Assembly: GCA_013115145.1 (NCBI GenBank)
Contig: JAAPAO010000060.1
Span: 1 to 64,000, forward strand
Direction: 5' to 3'
DNA: 64,000 bases
Origin: Perkinsus chesapeaki ATCC PRA-425
Taxonomy: Eukaryota > Protista > Perkinsozoa
Shown: in pieces, positions 44,104-57,324 of the stretch
Layout: each line of letters starts with the position of its first letter
Numbering within the stretch: position 1 is the first letter of the stretch
Notes under the pieces: model-generated
What the model saw: the letters and a program-made list of their open reading frames with translations, nothing else
What the model was told of the DNA's origin: nothing
Databases searched by the model: none
Program-made: the position numbers and the translations under genes

Positions 44104-47100
44104 CTACAGCTCATCATCGGTCTCCTACAAACATGCAAATGATTCATAAGTCTGCCATAGCCGTGGGATTACTGGTGGGTTAATATCGCCGGAGACGTTT
44201 CCCTCGGCATCAACTGTGATTGTCGGTCCCTCTTTATCTTCGGCCTCGGCTCCATCCTCCTCCTCTTCGTCATCCGTATCCTCCTCGGTTATTTGCACCT
44301 ATAACATGACGATAATCAAATCCGATAACCATCTCCCTTATTACCTCCTCCACAGCTGTGTTTGGATCTACGCCTAGCGCCTCGCTCATCAGAGAATACA
44401 TCTAAGTCAATGAAGTACGAGGCCAAAGAGGCCGAGCTTCTGACTGCTTACTCTCTGAACCAACGCATGAGGATCGATGATCTCGTATCCAGAATCCAGC
44501 ATAGCAGCTTGGAATAGAACTATGGCAGTGTCCTCCGCGTTGGAATCAGCGTTACCGTTCTTCACCTACATTACACTTTCAATTATCGCGATTCTCTCTC
44601 TCCATCCTTACCTTGTCCAAGAGATCCTTAACAACCGGATGATCTGGATTGAGCTCCAGAGTACGGCGGCCGGTCATGTGCTGAAGATCATTCTTGTTCT
44701 GGAAACTCTGTGCTCTCATGATCTTCTCCTGTTGAGCAGTGTACCTCACAGCGCCGGATAGCACATTCACAACAAACCAGTAGACATGATGCAGCCTACC
44801 CGAACTGGTCAGATACAACCACGCAAGGTGCGTCGACGAGCCTCTTGGAGATCGTCACCGAGGCTATGCCATAGTTGTAATTAGCTTCCGGATCCTCCTT
44901 AGAGGCCTTAGTGAGAATATCCTTGTACCACTTGGTGAGAGGCTTGTACCTTAAGCACGTTCGACTCGGCAAGTGCTGAATAAAAGTTAACGCTTACATC
45001 TTCTTAACCTTCGCAAATCTCTCCTTGTCATCCTCGGTCTCGTCCATCTTAAGATCAGCCTTCTGAATGGTGACCAGTTTCTTACCATCATATTCGCCCA
45101 GTTTTTGCATGCCTGCAATAATATAGTAAGGTGAACCACTAGAGAATGCTGTGGCTTACAGGGCTCATCAAGCTGGTTATCGAGAAGAAGAACTTCTATG
45201 TCCTTCTTATAGAAAATCTGCAGCGCGGGGTTCTTCTTCATAACCTATGATCCACAGCATAACCCTACACCAACTCCAAGCCATCTCCACGTACATCAAT
45301 GGTCTCACCGCTCATGTAGTAAATGGAGTCCTGCTTCTCCGGCATGTTCTCAATGTACCTGTGGTAACGTTGAAAGCCATGGTAGTCAGAAAACAACAAC
45401 ATGCTTACTTGTCAAGGGTGATGACCTCGTCCCCGCTCTTCGTGGTTTTGAATCGAAGCAGCTTAGCGATCTTTGAGCGATTGGCATCGTCCTCATAACA
45501 CCCGAGCTTGAGGTTTTCACCGAAGTTCTCGTAGAAGATTTCTGAGTCAATAATCCATCAGCAGCTTCCAAGTCGAGACTTTCGATATCCTCTCACCCCA
45601 ATCAGTCTTCCCTTCATTTGCGTCAGGTGCTTTCTCTTCCTCCTCGACACCTTCCGCGGCGAGCTTGGCCTTTTCGGCCTTCTGCTTCTCATCATCCTGA
45701 AAAAGCGAAATCCAAACAACTACGCGTATCCGTTGGCTCCACCTGCGATAACTTCTTGATCAATTCGAGAACCTTCCTGACCAACTTCTTCGAGATGACC
45801 TTGAGAATCTTGTTTTGCTGGAGCTGCTCTCGGGAGACCTGGAAAATTAATGTGGTCACTGCCGTCACCTCGTGCACCACTCACGTTGAGAGGCAGATCA
45901 TCTGAGTCGACAATACCAGTGACGAAGTTCAGGTACCGAGGGAGAAGCTCGTCAAACTTGTCGGCAACCAGCACCTGTCGGAGTATGATGTATCTCTTTA
46001 CGCCCGAGGCGCGTCGGAGCTCACCCTGCGAACGTAAAGCTTAATTTCGGACTTTTTCTGCCAGTAGTTCTCCATGAAGTTATAAGGAGCCCTCCTTGGG
46101 ATGTAGAGAATAGCCTTGAACTCAATCTCACCCTCCGCTGTGAAATGGGTGTAGGTGAGGGGATCACTGTAGTCGTGAGCGAGGGCCTGAGGCAACAAAG
46201 ATAACAACACCTAGCAACAAGATAACAAGCCTTACGTGATAAAACGACTTGTATTCCTCATCAGTAATATCCTCCTTGTTCTTAAGCCAGAGAGCCTTCT
46301 GGGAATTAACCTGAACAAGAATGATCACACGGAGTTGCGATCGTTATCGGATCTTTTACCTGTTCGTAATCATATACGGTCTGCTTCTTTTTAGGCTTCT
46401 CCTTCTTATCCTCGCCTTCTTCCTCCTCACTCTCTTCATCATCCTTCACTTCAACCTACATCGGCATCATCCTCACTAATAGGCCACTCCAAGCCACCTT
46501 ACGTCCTTATCCTTGTCTTCGGTTTCCTCAGACTCTTCCTCCTCATCAGCATCCACCTCAACCTCCTTCTTTGTCTTCAAGGATATCGGATAAGGCACGA
46601 ACTGCGAGTACTTCGTAGCGAGCTCCTTCAGACGACTCTGAGAACAAACAAATTTCGGCAAGTCCACAGACACGCTAATGCTCACCTCCTCGAGATATTC
46701 ATGAGCGTCTTCCTTCAAGTGGAGTGTGATCTGAGTACCGCGGCCAAGAGTGTTCCCTCGGGGGTCTGGCCCAACGGAAAAGCTGGCATCAGCACTTGAC
46801 TCCCAAATATGTTGCTCAGGGTCGTCATTGTTCTTCGAAGCCACTGTCACTTTGTCAGCGACTAGATAGGCCGAATAGAAGCCCACACCGAACTGACCAA
46901 TCAAGTTGGCATCAGAACCTGCAGAGAGACAGAGCAATGATCCGTCGACTCAATGACATCGGGAATACCTTCGCTCATCGCTTCCAAGAAGTTGCTTGTG
47001 CCCGACTTGGCAACGGTGCCCAGGTTGTTGATAAGGTCCGACTTGGTCATACCGATTCCGGTATCGGTGATGGTAAGGGTGTTGGCTTGATCATTATAAT

Positions 47101-47546
47101 CAATCTTAATATCGAGCTCAGGATTCTCCTTGAGGTATTCAGGATCCTTAAGACTGTTATATCTGTTAACATCATCAACGACACGCGAGCATCTTTTATA
47201 CAGGAGGACCCTACCTAGCCTTCTCGAGGGCATCGGCAGCGTTCGAAATGAGCTCTCGTAGGAAAACTTCTTTGTGCGTGTAAAGAGAATTGATGATGAT
47301 GTCCATCAATCGACTAACTTCGGCCTGACACCAAACTTGTCGAGCAAAAGGGACTTCTACGCTCACCTGAAACTCGTGTTTTTCAGCCTTCTCTTCGTAT
47401 TCGGCTGTGATGTCCGGAGTGGTATCGACAACTGAAAGATGCTTGTTTTGCTTATCGACATCATAGAGAAGGCGCTCACCAGGCTCATCCTGTGCGATGG
47501 CTGCCAAAGGCAAAAACAGAGCGGAGATCAGCCGCAGAAAACGCAT
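44104..47546 (-). CDS. HSP90B1: Endoplasmin/GRP94 (ER Hsp90)
   Basis: Signal peptide; [38 protein letters not shown]; [22 protein letters not shown]; [10 protein letters not shown]; [15 protein letters not shown]; LELNPDHP. Last exon gives ETDDEL*. Confidence 0.98.
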
Positions 47547-48275
47547 TACTCCAAACAGTTAAAACAACTAATGTCGAAGTAGCCTCGTCACTCAATAATT
47601 CCGCAGGTATCTTTAGCCCTCGCACGTCGAATGATTTCGCGTACGACGGAGGCAAGATCACTGCGTGCAATACCTCGCTACGCCCATCTAATCGATTATC
47701 AATCGCGCGTCTGTTTTTGGGTCCTCTACAGGAGAGGAATGTTGAATGTACCATGGAGTTTGATAGTGCTGCTTTCGTACCGTCGCTCCTTCAGGCGTCA
47801 TCACGTTCCGTATCTGTTTGGCTTTGAGTGGTATGCTCCTTCCGAAGGATTCCTTCGACGTTAGTGCTGGCGCTGTTCCACACGCTTTTGATTGCCGATG
47901 CCACACTACCTGTCTGCGGCCACGAGACAGGCTACGGTCACAACGGTTATTCGCCAGAAATTCTCATTGTTGGTGTCTAGCGCCAACTAGCCTATCTAAC
48001 TGCGTTGTGTGTTCTGTCCCTATTCTCCTCCCCAGCGGTGTTGCTATCACGAAGCTGCCCTATTAAGTGCCATATCGTACTAGCCGCAGCGCAATACGAC
48101 TGGGCGGGTCAGCTTGGTCATCCCTGAGTGTTGGGAATACTCTATATTAGTGATGGCCCATCTGAAACTCCTTGCCTGCTGTAGCTCTGTGGGGGCTAAG
48201 GTGAGTCTAGCAGTGGTGAGTATCTTGTTTTTCAGTAGAGGTCCTCCGTTACATTAATTTCAATCCTTTTTATCA

Positions 48276-49981
48276 ATGGGAAATTGTGCATGCCTCGGCA
48301 GCAAACACGAGACACCTCAGGAGCCCGAAAGCGCATCAGCTCCTACAAGGCCTCCTAAGGACACCACCACTGCCGCCGCCGCAGCAGCAGCAGCAGCTGA
48401 CCAACAACAACATCAACAGCAAGATTCCACAGCAGCAACTAGCGGCAACCCGCCCGCTGGTAATTCTAATAATGTTACTAGCAGTAGTAGCCCACGGCCT
48501 GATACCGGCTCCCAAGGGGGAGATGGTACGGTGGCTGCTGCCTCAGGTGGGGCCGCCGCTAGTGTTGCTGGTCAACAGGCTGCTCCTACAGGGTCAAATG
48601 CTGATGGTAAGTGGCTACCTGCGTGTAGAATTAAGGTGTATCTTTCGTAATAGGTTCAGCTAGTGGTGATGCTGCTGCTCGTGAGAAGAGGGCACCTTTC
48701 AAATGCGAAAATGGGGCCATGTAAAGGATAAGTCACTGAGTTGGGGTTGATCGTTACTCTACACAGATACACCGGTGAATGGTCAGGCAACTCCAGAGAT
48801 GGATACGGAGTGCAAGTGTGGCCTGATGGCGCTAAATACGAAGGAGAATGGAAGAATGATAAAGCATGTGGCAAGGGTAACCTCATCGTTGTTGTTGCAG
48901 CCGTGTGTGGAAGATATTATTTGGTTTAGGCAAATTCACTCATGCGGATGGTGATATATACGATGGTGACTGGAAGGACGATAAGGCTGATGGCCAGGGG
49001 ACTTACTATCATGCCGATGGCAGCAAGTAAGCTTGGCTCAAGTGATGCTTGTTGATAACCGTTGTTGTCAGATATACTGGCCAATGGAAGGACGATAAGC
49101 AGGACGGTTTTGGCAGGGAAGATTGGCCTGATGGAGCCAAATACGAGGGAGAGTACAAGAACGGCAAAAAGGTGTGTTGCGGAACCTTATCTTGGCGGCG
49201 TCCATGTGGATATCAACAATTGCTGCTGCTGCTGCTTTAGGACGGTCATGGGCGATTCTCGTGGACTGATAACTCCGTTTATGAAGGATCATTTGTAAAC
49301 AATGATATTGAAGGGTATGGCACTTACAGTTGGGGTAGTATTAGGGTTAACTGAAACGGTTTGGTGAGTACCTTCCACATACCTTGTTGCCCATCTCAGG
49401 TGATGGCCGTAAATATGAAGGTGAATGGAAAGATAACAGGATGCATGGCAAGGGAACGTTCATTTGGGTTGATGGACGGAAGTAGGCTTACCCAGCTGTT
49501 CATTCGGCAAGCAGCAGCACTGATGATTCTTATCAGATATGAAGGTCAGTACGTTAACGACCAGAAGGATGGTCATGGTGTCTTCACATGGCCCGATGGA
49601 CGCCGGTAGGGTTATTTGGACCAAGCCGTCAACTTTAAATGCGTATATCAGGTATGAAGGTGGATGGAAGGCCGGTAAGCAAAACGGTCGTGGTGTATAC
49701 CGAACTGCTAAGGGAGAGGTAAGTGGAAGAGTAATTGACGGTTTGTGTTATCTCGTCTGAGTTAGGTTCGTGAAGGTGAATGGGAAGATGGCCATAGAGT
49801 TCGTTGGTTGGGACCCCCGCAGGTAGGGCATGTCCTATTGTTGCAAAGAATGAAGTGTCTTGTTCAGGCTGCTGGAGCCGCTAACGCCGGTGATAAGGTT
49901 GCATCGATTGATGCTCCGAAGGCGGGCAGCGAGAACGCAGCTGACAATGCCAACAGTAACAATCAAGATGACCAACAGTAG
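48276..49981 (+). CDS. MORN-repeat protein with N-terminal dual-acylation motif
   Basis: MGNCAC start. Multiple YxGxWxxxxxxGxGxxxWPDG repeats across short exons. Stop TAG at 49979-49981. Confidence 0.93.
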
Positions 49982-50284
49982 TGTGTTGAGTATAATGCAT
50001 GTATACTGCAAGGATTAAGTGTCTTAACAACATCATCAACCTACAACACTGACAATGCTCCTGTCATTAGTAAATGCCATAATGGAGAAGACAATTCAAG
50101 TCATCTCTTCTTACCGTACCACTACTGACCTCCTCTTTTGTACTCTTGTTGCAACTTCCAGCTGAGTAGCTGCTGTGATGATCGCCCCGAGAGGGCGGCA
50201 TTGAGGCTCCTCCTACTCCGCATTATTGTTATTATTTTTTTGGCGACCAGAGCGACTGCCTAGAGCAGCTACGGCTGATAATGT

Positions 50285-50960
50285 CAAGGACTTTTCGAGA
50301 CCGTCGCTTCGCGTTGATCTCTATGTTTTGCGTTAACAGTACTGGGGGCTTTGGCGAGGACAATCGGTAGCCAGGAGCTTGCCTCCGAACCGGCAATGAC
50401 TCCTTTCTATAACGCCTCCACGATAAGTAAATACAAAGGCAGCTGCAACTTCAGTTTGATGATGGGCTAAGGAAGCCCATCCGAAGTTGGTTGCACATCG
50501 TCTTTAAGTTACTTTATTTCATCGTAACTCGTGTTCGATGAACTGTTATAACCCAATATCTATAAGAAGGATAATACCATTATGGTATAATGGACGATAG
50601 AGATGGCAACGGTGTGCCAGATACAACAGACCGCGGGGTTTCCTTCGCACTGTTTACCACTGAGGAAGCGATAGCCTGGGCTTCGGGCTTGCCGTCAGGT
50701 GGGTGTGAACTCATGGCAGAGCGGTACTCTCCGCTTCGATGGGCATCGTCATCTGATGCCCGTGATATCATTCGCACGAAGGAAACGACAGTACCGATTC
50801 CCCCCTCGAGGGTTAGTCTGTGCTTCCACTGCTCAAAGTGGTCTACAATGGGATGACGGAAACGAATCTTATACCTGATCCGATACAGCGAGCCGATACC
50901 GGCAGTGATTCAGATATCAGTACTTGACGGATGCGATGGTCTCATGTGTTGAACCTGGAA
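50285..50960 (+). CDS. Hypothetical multi-exon protein
   Basis: Open exons including ORF 50590-50856 (DRDGNGVPDTTDRG). Model unresolved. Confidence 0.3.
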
Positions 50961-50980
50961 CGGTGAATATGGCCTCACCC

Positions 50981-53415
50981 TTAATCGCTGGATTGGGCTC
51001 TGCACTCCTTCTCAAAAGATCGTAGAGGCTCACCTGTGCACCAGAAACTAGGCCGAACAATCGATACATAAGATTGATCACGTGTGCTGTGCCGATGACG
51101 GTTCCTCCGGCTGCTGCCGTTATCCCAACCTGGAATGCTTCCAGATCTAGTTTGAGGCCTGCGGGGAATATGACATGGAGCAGCTGCCACCTGCCACTGC
51201 AACACCCTCAGCCTCTAAAGCATTCCACAGTTTGCTATCGTGTATCATGTCGAGACCAGGAAAGGACAGAGTGGTGCGGTAACTGTTACGCGTCAAATGA
51301 ACACCGTTTGGTGACGCTACCTACTTGGGGCAAAGACCGGCTGCTGCATCTGATATGCAGAGACCAAAGTCGTAGAAGCTAACAAGGACGACCGACATCA
51401 AAGTGTCCGTAGATTCACCTTCCTTGATAGGGAAACCTGAAACGACATTCCTCGACGACCGGACGACTGAGCAATTCTCACCCATACTCCGAATCAACGC
51501 AGCGTCTAGACTAGCCTTCCCAAGAATGACGTCGAGACTGTTGAGGCTGAGATCTGGTATCTCGCTCAAGTCCGAGAATCCGCCATCGCTGCCAGCACTG
51601 AGGGCTTCGCTTATCGATGCCGGTATGTGGCTCCTAGAAGGTTGCCACGCTACTGCCTGCATTAAGCGTTCCAGCTCACCTTCGAGACTGTGCGAGCTTC
51701 TTTTGAAGCTCCTTGATTTGGAGGTCTCGGCTCGAGGCAAGCCTTTGCCACTTGTCGCGTTCCTGTACACCATGGGCCACGTGTCGGTTTAAAGAGCCAA
51801 CCTTGATAAGGTCCGCCGCCCTTTCTCGAGACTCGGCGGAACTAGCTTCCATCATCTTGCGTAGGTCATTCGACATCCCTGTAGCATGAGCCGATTGACG
51901 GAATTCTAGTTTCATTTACCAGCCTCTATCTGGAGCATTTTTCTCAAACTGTGGATCTCGTCCACTAATTCGGCCTTCTCATTCCGCAACACATCCACCA
52001 TAGGAGCCAGCCTGTCAGCCGCCATTCCCTCAGTGCTGCTTAGTTGCTCTGAAGGGAACAGCAATACAGCCACGGTGATGCTCAAAAAGCGATTACCGAT
52101 ACCTTGACCAATAATGATACTTCCCGCGGTTAGGCTTGGAAGAGCACCGGGCCTACAGGGCGTATCCATACACCAACTGTAGCTTGCCCGTACCTGCTGT
52201 TTACAAGGCCGGAGATGACCAGCTTCAACTGGCTTTTATCCTCCTCTGATAAACTAGGAAGGAGGAAGTTTAACCTAAAGGGGCTGGGTGCGTGACCGAT
52301 TGCTGTTTCTTTGCACCGTGGCTCGAGCGAGGCTAGATGAGAGCTATAGGTGTCAGCTTCCGCCCGCATCCGATTGTTCTCCTCAGTTAAGAGCAGAATC
52401 TACATTTAGAACTCCACCGTCACTTAGGAGCTATCAGGCAAGCTGACTCGTTGCTGAACATCTTCAGCTCCTCGGTCTTTCTGTTTGAGCTCTGCCTCCA
52501 GTCCGTCTGCCCGCTGCTGTGCTGCTTTCAATTCACTCTTCACTTTATGAACTTCCTCCTGCAACTCGTTTACTCGCTTCTGAAGTACTGCTCGAGACTC
52601 ACTCTAACAGCGGTCAGTGATGCCTGTTGCCCGTCAGCATGTAGCTATTACCTGTTGCCCGAACGATGAGTGGGCAATTTGCACTATTTCATCGTGTAGC
52701 TCCTGTCGCCTTGCCTCTGATTCCTCTAGCTTCTGCCACCAGCAGAGCATCTGCTGCTGTGCTAGCCTTACCTTTACCTTCTGCAGTCGTGTTATCTCAT
52801 CATTTGACCACTGGGATGTTCGCGGGCTGGTGTCAGATTTCGTTGCGAGGCTGAGGAAGACCGGAGAGATTGGCCGGCAGTCTCCTGCGGCCTTACGCGG
52901 TTGAAGTCGTTGGCCCAGACCCTCTCGGAAAATGCGAGCCTGAAGCACACATACATATCAGGCCGTCGGGGAGACCTCTCACTCGAGCGTAATGCATGGA
53001 GCTCCTCCTCCAGCCCTTGGATCCGCAAACGCATCTCCTGCTCGGAATCTCGTCCAAGATTTCTCGGGGACACGCAGGTGCCTGCGACATTCACCCTCCA
53101 TTGTGGTGTGAGTGCCGCTGCTACAAACACTGATGGTCCTAGTGGATCGCGTCGAGTAGGTTCTCGGATGTGAAAAAGGTGAATTAGACCGTCTGGTCAA
53201 TGCCCCAGCTAACGCTAATCTGCAAGAGCAGCAGCCTCTCCTCCAGTTGCAGTGTTGCAGGTCAGGGCTACCGTTTTAGGCTTGGGTTCTGGGTTGCTAA
53301 TCCTCCCCTTCGGACGCTTTTCGATGAGTGCCACTGTGGACGACCTCGAATATTCCGTTCTTTTGAAGATGCTGGACGATCGGGACCAGCCATCTGCAGT
53401 TCCGCTATGAACCAA
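50981..53415 (-). CDS. Multi-exon coiled-coil hypothetical protein
   Basis: Heptad exons (EQEMRLRIQGLEEELHALR; LEESEARRQELHDEI; LRNEKAELVDEIHSLRKML; LEGELERLMQ) separated by short GT-AG introns. Ends approximate. Confidence 0.6.
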
Positions 53416-53619
53416 GAGAGGGCAAACTCCGCCGCCACCTGCGCCCTTCCGAGGATAACCGGCGCGCCCTTATTCAAATAATATGCCTTGCTCGTTGGCT
53501 CTGTTGGCTGTGGCTATTCATTGACTCCTTTAACACAAGGCGCATTTGGTACAACACCAAAGTAATAATAACAAAGGACTGAAGTCCTCATGCTAGAAGT
53601 AGGCCCCGTCGGAGGGGCA

Positions 53620-54568
53620 AAGCTGAACTGGGAGTTGTGTCGAAGACTAGACTGCCATTTCGAGTGCTTGCGCCTGGAACAACTTCACTGTTTTACGATC
53701 TGGGAATGGTGACTAACCTCGAACTATCGTACTCGCTTTGGAGGGCACGAAGCTCAAATACTTCTCGTGGACATTTGCAGTACGCTTTGGCCTATCACGG
53801 GACATAACTAGGTCCTCCAGAGTAGCAGATATACCTGCCATATTGGTCGAACCATCCATCGAAGGTGCTCACTGCTGAACCGTGGACACTGGAGACACTC
53901 AACGAGCGCCTGATAATGATACAAATTAAATAAAATAATCCTCGGTAGCTGAATTGGACATCAGCAGACAGAAGGACCCGAACGTGTTTTCGGATGGTCT
54001 CACTTTTTCGATCGAGGTTGCCGCTCCATCAAATGTGTGTATCGGCTTTTCTCATTGGCAGCTAACCTATAAGCGTGAATGCGTACCCCTCCTATCACCC
54101 CCTCTTACTGATGAATCCTATGCCGTATACCATCCAGTTCGGCCTGCATTCTGGTAATCCGAGACACTTCATGTTTATACTCCGGCACCTATAGAAAGCA
54201 GCTACACGTCGACTGTTGGGTGGAAAGTGCCAGGGTTGATTAACGATCCCATGGGTGCGATGATGGCTACCTGCTCCGGGTCTACTGGCGTCTCGCGGTA
54301 GTCAACGCTTCCCGGTTGCATGCTCATAGTAACAGCGACCTACATCAGCAGAGTTAGCGTTGTGTTGGTGGACACCTCAGGACTTAGTACTATCATAACC
54401 TTCTGATTGCGAGTTGATACGTCACAGTGGTGTCTAATTATCTTGTTGAACTCGGCTGAAGCTGCCTTCTGTTTGCTCAAGCCATCCTGCTCTTTAGCGT
54501 ATAGAGTCCTAAGCCATAACTATTATCTAAGTATCACCTTGTATATCAACTATGCGTCCGTGAGACAT
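53620..54568 (-). CDS. Hypothetical multi-exon protein
   Basis: MSHGRIVDIQ|GLYAKEQDGLSKQKAASAEFNKIIRHHCDVSTRNQK|VAVTMSMQPGSVDYRETP..|VPEYKHEVSRITRMQAELD, with consistent short introns. 3' end approximate. Confidence 0.45.
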
Positions 54569-55052
54569 TGTAGTCTAAAACAGTTGGGTTAACTACTTCA
54601 ACGAAATTAGGGCGCATTCGATGGTCAGTCCCCCTGTCCAATAAAGCAATTCTGGGATTCAGAATCGATTCCAGCGTCGCATTTTACGTGTGAAAAGCAG
54701 TTCTGCTCTCATTTCAAAATCGGTATATTGATCGACCCCAGTAAGTATCTTGCGCTGCTGCTGTCTGTATGACACCCTCCTTCTTTGAAGCATTACCTTA
54801 TCTCAGAAAGGTTAGGGCTTGACTTGCATCCGCTCAATAGACTTCCCAATCTCTTACACCGAGGTTGGAATGCCATTTCGATTAAACGTCAACAACAAAG
54901 ACAACAAGGGGAACGTGAACGGGAACAGGGCCACCAACTTGAGCATCTTGAGTTTTCTCAACGGCTTCGCGCGGCGCAAGTTCTTTTCCGTGGCAGCGAT
55001 TGCAGAACGGTGGCCAAAATAGTAGCGCAACGATCAGGGCTCGCTACGTGCT

Positions 55053-55476
55053 ATGTTATGCAGCCATTTTACTCATTTCATCGTGGCGTCCTCGTTTGAG
55101 ACCGACGAGGGTATCGTATACGAGAACCATCCACGGACGGTAAGTCAATTCAAGGTTTTTCTGCTGTGCTCACCTCTTCAAGTGCTGTGCCTCACCTGGT
55201 TAACCTTTATTTCGGTTAATACTTCGGCTGCGGGGGCTGGATACATTTTGGCGAGTACCCCCCTTCTTGCAGGCCTCCGCTGATGTAGTTTACGACTACG
55301 ATCCGCCGAGGAATGAGGCACAGGCTGTCTGTCAGGGCAGAGCGCGACGATTTGAGTTACAGAAAGACAATCTAGCTAGAAGGTCACAGGAAAGTAACTT
55401 GGCGATTGCTTGCATATTGCTAGCAGCAGCGATCAACTGTTTCGTGAACCTATCGATGGTTTTGAAGGAGAAATAG
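55053..55476 (+). CDS. Hypothetical membrane protein (may start nearer 54870)
   Basis: Exons joined by intron 55215-55272 in phase 0. Hydrophobic segments VLCLTWLTFIS and LAIACILLAAAINCFVNLSMV. Confidence 0.4.
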
Positions 55477-55560
55477 GCAGTCTAATTCCTGTTGCTCAGA
55501 TGGGCCTTTTCGGCCGTTGACACTACCTGTTTATTGGAACAGAACTAGCGATGTGGCAGA

Positions 55561-57324
55561 CTATGAAGAAGATTCAGGAACGCAGTTCTCCACTCCCGGT
55601 GACTTGTCAGTCAGAAAGGAGAGAGAGCCAGTGAGTCTACTCGAAAGACGATAGTACTGGACTTCCTTGCAGGTGGAGGAGAGAGCTACAGACAGAACTA
55701 ACGACTGCCCGGAGATCCACGATGATGGTGATGATCGGAGCCGGGATGCACTGAACGCAACCGATGGCGGAGGGAACTTAGTGGATACAAATGATGGAGG
55801 CGATTCGTTCTGGAAAGGATGGTGCGGCTCGTTGGTAGTATCATCGCTAAAGCCCCAGTGCGGTTTTGTGGAGAATTGGTCTCTCAGTTTCCCTTCTGCA
55901 TAATGCGTATGAAATAATGCCTTCAGAACGGTGCTTGCATTTGAGGGCCTTGTAATGCCTCTCATGGAGTGCCCACCTATACTGCATGCCTGAGGTGTTC
56001 ACGAATGTGTCATTTATCAGCTCTAAGCTCGGCAAAGTGCATTGAGGCGCTGTGTTGATTAAAATCCGTCGATCACCTCCACTAAGTGCCCATGATTCGG
56101 GCTCTGGAACCTGGTAGCTTCTGCGGCGTCTGCAGCCGTGAATCTGCAAGTTTGCCCCTTTGGCGTGGTCCTTTTAATGTCTAATGTGAATGTTCTTTCT
56201 AACCTCGGCGGGATAGTGTTTGCCGAGGTTATTGCAAAGGATCTCAAGAGGCAATTCAGCGAGCCTCGGATCAATCCTTCTATGCAAGGCGGAGAGTGGT
56301 AATTTAGAAATTTTGGGAAGCGGAATGGTAAACAGTATAGTTCTTTGTCTAACTCAGGTTCGCTAACGGCGGCAAACATTTCGATTGCACTTTCAAAGCG
56401 CAGGAGCCGAAATCCCTTAGTGTTAGTTGCTTCAGGATATCAAGGACCGGTCAGCCCGTCCTGGTCGATACGAGTCAAGCCCGTAATAATCAGCCACTTG
56501 AGCCTATTGGAGCACTATGGCTGGCTAATGAACAGGTTCTGGCGGTAAGTCATTAGCTCCGAATAGCCCCTACGGATACGATCTGGCGCGGAAGCGACGC
56601 TCAGAAGTGCGGAGGAATATAAGGAGAGGGGACTTGTCTAACTTGCTCGATGTACCGTGGGGCAGTTCACCTTTTTTTTGCTTATTCGGTGTGCTCAGCT
56701 TTTGCAGAATGCGGAGCTTGATCAACTTCGGGGAGCGTTACCTCCTCCTCGGAAGAATATGAGTCGAATTGGGGAGCTAGATGAGTGGCCGGCGTGGGAT
56801 CGGTCTCTCCAATACATGGGCAAAGATGGGCAACGGCCTAGCTTGAAGAGGTCACTATCCTCATATTCGTGATCATGGACTCTGACGTACCTTTTGTGAG
56901 TCTTACCTTGTGTGGCAGTATCAATACTTAGGGTAGCCGGCGGATCATAGTGTGATTCGAAGAGCGATGAGTCGAAAAGTGCTCTGATGATCACGCTAAT
57001 CTCGCACACAATGCACAACATGCTTGAAGTCTCATATTTCCAGACGCCGCAGTTGTTCTGAATCAAGTTTCGTCCTTCCTGTTCACGCCGTATGCCACGA
57101 TAGCTACACATTACGAACAGACCTGTATCATCCCGATCACGGTCAGCACCACGCAAATCATGTATCGGATTTGCAGGAAATATTGAACCACTCACTTTCC
57201 CAGAATGAGCAGATACTAATCCAACACCCCAAGCTTCCAGTCGCTGGACATCATATACACACAAGAATGCTAGTATAATAGACCGGTTGAGCACCTGCCA
57301 AATCACTTGCGAGGAATCATTCAT
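55561..57324 (-). CDS. Hypothetical multi-exon protein
   Basis: Three successive long minus-strand open frames (56722-57324, 56059-56379, 55561-55965). No family recognised. Confidence 0.45.

Noticed and set aside
47818-48066. Cys-rich 82-aa ORF between GRP94 and the MORN gene
   Set aside because: Non-ATG start in a divergent promoter/UTR region, with no conserved Cys spacing recognised.
49032-49042. Spliced-leader relic (CTTGGCTCAAG); also TGGCTCAAG near 35717
   Set aside because: Only 9-11 nt of the leader match, one lies inside a MORN intron, and there is no SL RNA context; compatible with chance.
55251-55272. 22-nt GC-AG intron
   Set aside because: A canonical 58-nt GT-AG intron (55215-55272) gives the same frame join.
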